Shown piece after piece: positions 39,411 through 45,041 of a stretch of DNA of 45,041 nt. The notes beneath the pieces were generated by a model that was not told the DNA's origin, ran no database searches, and was given only the letters and a program-made list of their open reading frames with translations. The position numbers and the translations under genes are program-made. This stretch comes from an uncultured Chthoniobacterales bacterium (lineage in GTDB: Bacteria; Verrucomicrobiota; Verrucomicrobiia; Chthoniobacterales; SZAS-18): assembly GCA_964245035.1 (NCBI GenBank), contig CAXTMD010000002.1:1253-46293 (forward strand), in the 5' to 3' direction. Numbering within the stretch: the first letter of the stretch is position 1; each line of letters starts with the position of its first letter.

Positions 39411-40575
39411 GGATTGAATCCTCCATCAAAGGGTTGGAACGCGCGATGTATTCACCCGTGCCCGCATCAAAAAAGATAATGTCCTGGGGTTGGACGTTGA
39501 AGCGAACCTGTTCGTCCGGTCGGAACTGCTTGCGTCCGGGAACCAGCGCGCGGACGCGGGTCCCATCGGGCGCGGTCATCGTGACCACGCATTTGGTGCC
39601 CAGCGGTTCGAAGCTGTAAACCGTGCCGGCGACCCCGGGCCCAGTGGCCTCATCTCCGTACCGATGCTCCACGACCACGTCCGCCGGCCGGAAGCCCACC
39701 GTGAACCGCCGCTCTTTGGCCGACGCATTTTCTGCCCGGGTCAAAGCGCGGGACAAATCCAAGCTGAGCGAGGGAATCTTGTGGGCTCCACCGAAGAGTT
39801 CCGCCGTCAGCGCGCCGGCCTGATCCGCGGCCACTCGCCCATCCACCAAGTTAATTTCCGGGTCGCCAAACAGGCTGGCAACGCGGGTGCTCGCCGGCCG
39901 GAAGTAAACCTCGTCCGGCGTGCCAACCTGCAAGATGCTGCCGCCGTCGAGGATGACGATCCGGTCACCCAAGCTCATGGCTTCCAGGTAGTCGTGCGTC
40001 ACGTAGATCGTGGTGGTGCCGAGTTGCTGGCGCATTTCCTTCAACTCCGCCCGCATGGAGTGGCGTAGTTTGGCATCAAGGTGGCTGAGCGGCTCGTCCA
40101 TCAGGAACACGTTTGGCTTGCGCACCAGCGCACGTCCCAGAGCGGTACGCTGGCGCTGCCCGTTGCTCAGAGCCTGGATGGGCCGGTCGATGAGATGGTC
40201 GATCTTCATCACCTTGGCGTAGTGGGTCACGCGATCCTTCACCTCGCTCTCGGGCAGCTTGAACTTCGGGCTACGCAACGGGAACGCCATGTTCTCGTAC
40301 ACGGTGAGTTGGGGGTAAAGCGCGTAGCTCTCGAACACCATCGCGACGTTGCGCTCGGCCGGCTCCAGGCCACCAATGTCACGGTCCGCGATGCGCACGT
40401 TACCGCTCTCGGGCGTGACGATCCCGGCGATCAGGTTCAGTGTGGTGGTCTTGCCAGCACCTGCAGGGCCGAAGATGGCGACAAATTCCTTGTCGGCGAC
40501 TTGCAGCGAGAGGTCTTTTACTCCTACCCGCTTCCCGTAGTGCTTCGTCAGACCGGATAACTCGATGTTTGCCAT
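39403..40575 (-). CDS. CUT1 ABC ATPase, first subunit
   Basis: GPAGAGKTT, 'VFESYALYP', variant signature LSNGQRQR, DEPLSHLDA. Confidence 0.9.
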   Translation of the reverse strand: MANIELSGLTKHYGKRVGVKDLSLQVADKEFVAIFGPAGAGKTTTLNLIAGIVTPESGNVRIADRDIGGLEPAERNVAMVFESYALYPQLTVYENMAFPLRSPKFKLPESEVKDRVTHYAKVMKIDHLIDRPIQALSNGQRQRTALGRALVRKPNVFLMDEPLSHLDAKLRHSMRAELKEMRQQLGTTTIYVTHDYLEAMSLGDRIVILDGGSILQVGTPDEVYFRPASTRVASLFGDPEINLVDGRVAADQAGALTAELFGGAHKIPSLSLDLSRALTRAENASAKERRFTVGFRPADVVVEHRYGDEATGPGVAGTVYSFEPLGTKCVVTMTAPDGTRVRALVPGRKQFRPDEQVRFNVQPQDIIFFDAGTGEYIARSNPLMEDSIRG

Positions 40576-40596
40576 GTGGGGGAGGAAAAATCAGGG

Positions 40597-41433
40597 TCAA
40601 CCTTTGACGGCGCCGAACGACAATCCGCGCACGAGGTGCTTCTGGATGAGCACTGCGAGGATCACCTCCGGCAGAGCGGAGATCAGCGCCGCCGCCGCCA
40701 CCCAGCCATAGTGCACCGTGTCCGAGGCCAGAAAACGCATCATGGCCACGGTGGAGGTCTGCGTCCGGCCGCCGCCGAGTTGCAGCGCAAAGGTGAAAGA
40801 GTTCCAGCAGAAGATAAAGCAGAGCAAGGCTGCCGCGACCAGCCCCGGGCGGATGAGTGGCAGCAGCACTTTGAAGAACACCTGCCACCAAGTGTAGCCA
40901 TCAAGCTGCGCAGCAGACTCGATGTCCGGCGAGATGTCCTCGAAGAATCCACGCAAGATCCAGATCAGTAGCGGCAGACTGATCAACTGATACACCCAGA
41001 TCAAGCCGGTATAAGAGTCGATCAATCCAAACTTCTGGTAGATCAGGTACAAGGGAATGATGACGAGAATCTCCGGAGCAAACCGGAAGGACAGGAACGT
41101 GAAGGCAATGTCTTCTCGTCCCTTAAATTGGAACCGTGCCAGCGCGTAAGCCGCCGGTACGCCGACAATGAGCGAGAGGCAGACGGCCAGCACGCTGATC
41201 ACTAGATTGTGCAGCAAAGCCCCCAGAAAGTCGCTCTGACCCAAAACGGCGCGGAAGTTATCCGTCGTCGGATGAAAGATAAAGGGACTGCCGAACATTT
41301 CACTGTCCGGCTTGAAGGACAGAATCAGCATCCAGAGAAGCGGGAACAACGCGAACAAAGCGTAGAGCAGCAAGAGTCCGTTGCGACCGATGGCCTCCAG
41401 TAGATTGCGGCCGTTAGAGCGGGTGTCGTTCAT
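40597..41433 (-). CDS. CUT1 ABC permease (MalG-type)
   Basis: 'GVPAAYALARF', EAA loop 'IESAAQLDG', 'LVRGLSFGAVKG'. Confidence 0.92.
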   Translation of the reverse strand: MNDTRSNGRNLLEAIGRNGLLLLYALFALFPLLWMLILSFKPDSEMFGSPFIFHPTTDNFRAVLGQSDFLGALLHNLVISVLAVCLSLIVGVPAAYALARFQFKGREDIAFTFLSFRFAPEILVIIPLYLIYQKFGLIDSYTGLIWVYQLISLPLLIWILRGFFEDISPDIESAAQLDGYTWWQVFFKVLLPLIRPGLVAAALLCFIFCWNSFTFALQLGGGRTQTSTVAMMRFLASDTVHYGWVAAAALISALPEVILAVLIQKHLVRGLSFGAVKG

Positions 41434-41456
41434 GTTTTGGGGAAAAGAGAGAGTTC

Positions 41457-42452
41457 CTACGCCGCACCCGACGCTGTCTTCTGGGCCTTGCGCCAGTATC
41501 CGATCAGGACAAAGCAGACCGCGTAGATCAGCGCCCAGAGCAGAAGCAAAGTGGGGATTGCGCCGCTGAGGTTGTAGAAAGGAAATGCTTCGTTGTACGA
41601 CTGCACTGCCAAATTCATCGTGGCATCACCCGGTCCACCCTTGGTCAAGGCAAAGATGATGCCAAATTCTTGCAGCGAAGTCATAAAACGGAACACCAAG
41701 GCGATCAGGATCACTGGCAGGAGCATCGGCAAAGTAAGGTTCCTGAACACGAACCACGCCGAACCGCCGTCGATCAAAGCCGCTTCGTAGGGGGACTTCG
41801 GCAAGGAACGAAGCCCCGCCGAGACCAGGATAATGATGAACGGAGTGTAGATCCAGACGTCTACCAACACGATGCTGAAGAGGGCGTAGTCCGGGTCTGC
41901 GCTCCAGCGGAAATCGCCCAGTCCGATCCAGGAGAGCGGCAGTCGCAACAAGCCCACCGACGGGTTGGTCAACAACTGCCAGATGAGAGCGCCAATGACC
42001 GGAGCGATCATCAGAGGAAAGATCAGCACCAGCCGCAGGAATTTTGAGAGGATACTATCCTTGTTGAGCAGCAAAGCGATGCCCAGACCCAGCAACATCT
42101 CGATGCCCGTGGCGTAGAACGCATACTTCAGAGTGACAATCACCGAGTGCCAGAAATCGTCACTCGTCAGAGTGTCTTTGAAGTTGCTCCAGCCTACCAT
42201 CGCGTATTCTGAACTCCGCAGAGAGTAGTCTGTGAACGCGTAGTAGATGGCGACGAAAAACGGGAACAGAATACCGATGGTTAGCAGAAAGGCTGGTGCC
42301 AGCACCAGATAAGGACGCATGGCCTTGCGGCGGGCGTAGCGGCGAGCTGCTTCCGACAACTCCGTGTTAGAAGGAGAGAAGGGTGAAGGAGAACCGGCGG
42401 GGTTAGTCGCACTGAGGGGAGTTCTCTCCGTGTTCTGCAAGGCTATGCTCAT
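41457..42452 (-). CDS. CUT1 ABC permease (MalF-type)
   Basis: 'PLMIAPV', 'DVWIYTPF', 'YEAALIDGGS', 'LTKGGPG'. Confidence 0.92.
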   Translation of the reverse strand: MSIALQNTERTPLSATNPAGSPSPFSPSNTELSEAARRYARRKAMRPYLVLAPAFLLTIGILFPFFVAIYYAFTDYSLRSSEYAMVGWSNFKDTLTSDDFWHSVIVTLKYAFYATGIEMLLGLGIALLLNKDSILSKFLRLVLIFPLMIAPVIGALIWQLLTNPSVGLLRLPLSWIGLGDFRWSADPDYALFSIVLVDVWIYTPFIIILVSAGLRSLPKSPYEAALIDGGSAWFVFRNLTLPMLLPVILIALVFRFMTSLQEFGIIFALTKGGPGDATMNLAVQSYNEAFPFYNLSGAIPTLLLLWALIYAVCFVLIGYWRKAQKTASGAA

Positions 42453-42548
42453 TGGGGAAACAGCGTTCGCGTGGCAAGTGTCCTAGACCGGCAATCGAGC
42501 CAGTTATTGGAAATCAATTCAACAAAAGTTTGTCTACGTTCCGAACTA

Positions 42549-42577
42549 TCCGGGCGGGAGGTGATCTCCCGCCCGGA
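42549..42577. terminator. Intercistronic 12-bp hairpin after the binding-protein gene
   Basis: TCCGGGCGGGAG-GTGAT-CTCCCGCCCGGA; the T-tract is on the plus (antisense) strand. Confidence 0.65.
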
Positions 42578-42607
42578 CTTTTTCTTTAATTTACGAACTA
42601 GGAGACG

Positions 42608-43993
42608 TTAGTTCAGCTTCAACTTGGACGTGTCCTTGTCGATGCGCTTGGCCAAGTCCTTCATCGTCTTGTCAGTGTCCGCGCCCGTGAGCACGATCTT
42701 CTGAAGGGCCGCCGCCCACTCCGTCGTGGACTGAATGAAGTAGGGCTGCGGGGTGAACTTCACACTCGTGTTCTTGATCTGATCCTGGAAGGTCTCGTAG
42801 AAGCCGGGGATGGCCGACAGCTTCTGCTTGAACTCCGGCAGCGCCCAGGTCGATTGGCGGGGCGGATCGACGAGCTTGGCGTTGATCGCCGCCCACTTCA
42901 CGTGGTCCGGGCCCGTGAAGTACTGGATGAAGATCCACGCGGCCTTCTTGTTCTTCGAGGAGCTGTTCATGCCCAACTGCCACACCCACTGGTTGGGGGA
43001 TGGCTCCGTGCCTTCCTTCAGCACCGGGATGGGAGCGAACGCCAAGTTGGCAGCCTCCGCGGTCGAGCCGGGAGCCGCGGTGAAGTAGCCGAGGCTGTCC
43101 GCGTCGAGCATCATGGCTGCCTTGCCAGCACCCAGGTCAGCACCGCACTGGTACCACGTGTAGTTCGACCAGCCGGGAGGGCCGCCGTCACGGATCATGT
43201 CCGCGTACTTCTTGGTGATGCTGATCGCGTCGGCCTGATCCAGGTCAGACAGCAGCTTGCCGTCCTTGACCGTGAAATCCTTCGCACCGGCATTGGCAAA
43301 CACCGACATGTAGCCGGGGTGGATGGTCGCCCAGTTACGCGTGCCGCGCACCGCGATGCCGTATGAGCCCGGCCCGTTCCAGCCTTTGAGCTTCTTGGCC
43401 AGCGCCACGAGTTCGTCGAACGTCTTCGGCACCGTGAGGCCCTTGCTGTCGAAGTACTTCTTGTTGTAGGCCAGCGTGTACATCTCGAAGCCCAGCGGCA
43501 GGGAGTACAGCGTGCCAGAGCCCGAGGGCGAGCCAGGCTTCAAGTCCCACTTGCCGCCCTTGAACACGCCGTCGAAGATGTCGCTGGTGTCATAGCCAGG
43601 GTTGGTCATCGACGGGTTGTTCAGAAACGGGTCGAGCGGCTCCATGCGCTTGGCGCTGGCGTAGTCCCACATCTGGTAGATCCCCGTCATGAACACATCC
43701 GGGTTGCCACTGCTGGAGGAAAGGGCCGTCGTGACCTTGTCGAAGTAGTTCTCCTCCGGGGTGATCTCGTACTGCACATCAATGCCCGTCAGTTCCTTGA
43801 ACTCGGGCAGATGCTTGATGATCGCCTCCGCGTAGGGATGCTGGTTGAGCGCCACGTGGACCGTAGTCCCCGAGGCTTGCTTCCAGTCGAAACCCTGCGC
43901 CCGAACCTCCGGCGAGTGAGCCAGGAACAGAGCCGAGGACAGTAGTCCCACGGCCCCCTGGATGAATTGTTTAGATCTTACGTTTGGTATCAT
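42608..43993 (-). CDS. CUT1 polyol-binding protein (MptA-like)
   Basis: Signal peptide; 'FDWKQASGTT..VALNQHPY', 'PEENYFDKVT', 'VRGTRNWATIHPGYMS', 'WSNYTWYQ'. Confidence 0.88.
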   Translation of the reverse strand: MIPNVRSKQFIQGAVGLLSSALFLAHSPEVRAQGFDWKQASGTTVHVALNQHPYAEAIIKHLPEFKELTGIDVQYEITPEENYFDKVTTALSSSSGNPDVFMTGIYQMWDYASAKRMEPLDPFLNNPSMTNPGYDTSDIFDGVFKGGKWDLKPGSPSGSGTLYSLPLGFEMYTLAYNKKYFDSKGLTVPKTFDELVALAKKLKGWNGPGSYGIAVRGTRNWATIHPGYMSVFANAGAKDFTVKDGKLLSDLDQADAISITKKYADMIRDGGPPGWSNYTWYQCGADLGAGKAAMMLDADSLGYFTAAPGSTAEAANLAFAPIPVLKEGTEPSPNQWVWQLGMNSSSKNKKAAWIFIQYFTGPDHVKWAAINAKLVDPPRQSTWALPEFKQKLSAIPGFYETFQDQIKNTSVKFTPQPYFIQSTTEWAAALQKIVLTGADTDKTMKDLAKRIDKDTSKLKLN

Positions 43994-44371
43994 GGGGGAA
44001 CTTGCCCTTGTTTATGGTGGTGTTGTTTTACTTGAAGTCGCGCTCCGGTGGAGCGGCGTGGATCGCCGATCAACCGAGCGCGACGCCAAAGCGATTAAAA
44101 AGGCGAGGGCCGGGCCGACTCCAGTTGCTCCCGGGCCGCCGCGCAGGCGGTTGGGGAACACAAGCTTGGGTTGGCTCTGTTCATGTAGACACGAAGGTGC
44201 AGGAAACTCGCAGAGTCGATTCCAGCGGGGGGCGGGGGGAACGGAACTGGCGGAAATCGTTCCGCACCAATAGCCGATCATTGACCGTACGCACTCGAAC
44301 GCGTCACAGGCAAGTCCGATCTAGCTAGCGGGGGGAAACAAACCGAACAATATCGCTCGTGGCGAAAACAA

Positions 44372-44390
44372 TGAGCGTAACATTCGCTCA
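44372..44390. promoter_or_regulatory. Putative operator (TGAGCG-N7-CGCTCA)
   Basis: Perfect 6-bp dyad TGAGCGTAACATTCGCTCA between the divergent transporter operon and rpiB/derI. Confidence 0.55.
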
Positions 44391-44549
44391 ACGCCAGAAC
44401 TTTTTCTCAAAAAATTTCTGGCGTGGGGACGATGATCAATGTTTTGTTGAGCCAAGCCGACTGCGTTCCCCCCGCTTCGCTGCGCTTGACGATGGCGAGT
44501 TTTCTACCTCCTCCCGGAACAGAGTTGTGCTGTCAACCTACCTACCGTT

Positions 44550-45026
44550 ATGAACGCCTCTTCAGAAAAGCCCATTGCCCTCGGCTGCGACGAAGCCGCC
44601 TATCATCTCAAGGAATCCATCCGCGCTCACTTGGAAAAGCGCGGTTTGCCCGTGCAGGACTATGGCGTCCACGACACCTCCCCTTCCCTGTACCCCGACA
44701 AGGCCGCCGAAGTCGCCGAGGCGGTGGTCGCCGGCCGCCATGACCGCGCGATCCTGATGTGCGGCACGGGGATCGGCATGTGCATCACCGCCAACAAAAT
44801 TCCCGGGGCGCGCGCGGCCGTTTGTCACGATCAATATTCAGCGGAGCGCGCCCGCAAGAGCAACGACGCACAGATCATGGCGCTCGGCGCGCGGGTGGTC
44901 GGCGAAGAACTGGCCAAGTCGCTCGTCGACACCTGGCTGGAGTCTGACTTTGCGGGCGGCGGTTCGGCCGCCAAGGTCGAACGCATGCGAGAAATCGAGC
45001 AGCGCTACACCGCCGCGAAATCCTAA
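44550..45026 (+). CDS. rpiB: RpiB/LacAB-family isomerase; D-erythrulose-4-phosphate isomerase (DerI)-like by context
   Basis: 'IALGCDEAA..LK', 'YPD', 'LMCGTGIGMCITANKIPGARAA', 'SAERARKSNDAQIMALGARVVG'. Confidence 0.9.
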   Translation: MNASSEKPIALGCDEAAYHLKESIRAHLEKRGLPVQDYGVHDTSPSLYPDKAAEVAEAVVAGRHDRAILMCGTGIGMCITANKIPGARAAVCHDQYSAERARKSNDAQIMALGARVVGEELAKSLVDTWLESDFAGGGSAAKVERMREIEQRYTAAKS

Positions 45027-45041
45027 CGTCCGGCTTCCCCT

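Overview
GC-rich bacterial DNA, most likely Verrucomicrobia (Spartobacteria/Chthoniobacterales-like). This is inferred from a DUF4032-like mini-protein, a 'DGKDVKD' porin motif and C-rich start contexts lacking Shine-Dalgarno sites. The left part (1-13.5 kb) has a LysR/SDR/lipocalin unit; a redox cluster (DUF1223 CxxC protein, small membrane ORF, NDH-2-like flavoprotein fused to a 4-TM module, and a membrane protein of three copies of that module, two with paired His) divergent from a TlpA redoxin, with one ECF-type promoter motif in front of both; several orphan exported proteins; and a GH15 glucoamylase. The rest (13.7-45 kb) is a sugar/polyol uptake island. It has five ABC importers (ChvE-MmsAB, SmoEFGK-like, two CUT2 systems, and a five-gene CUT1 system with two ATPases), a LamB/ScrY-like porin, mannitol dehydrogenase, an EltD-like tetritol dehydrogenase, RpiB/DerI and a SorC-family regulator. 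Two families of GTAG-type REPIN-like elements occur, each twice, with compensatory stem changes. I saw no rRNA, tRNA, CRISPR array or transposase. All protein calls come from motif recognition by eye; no database searches were run.
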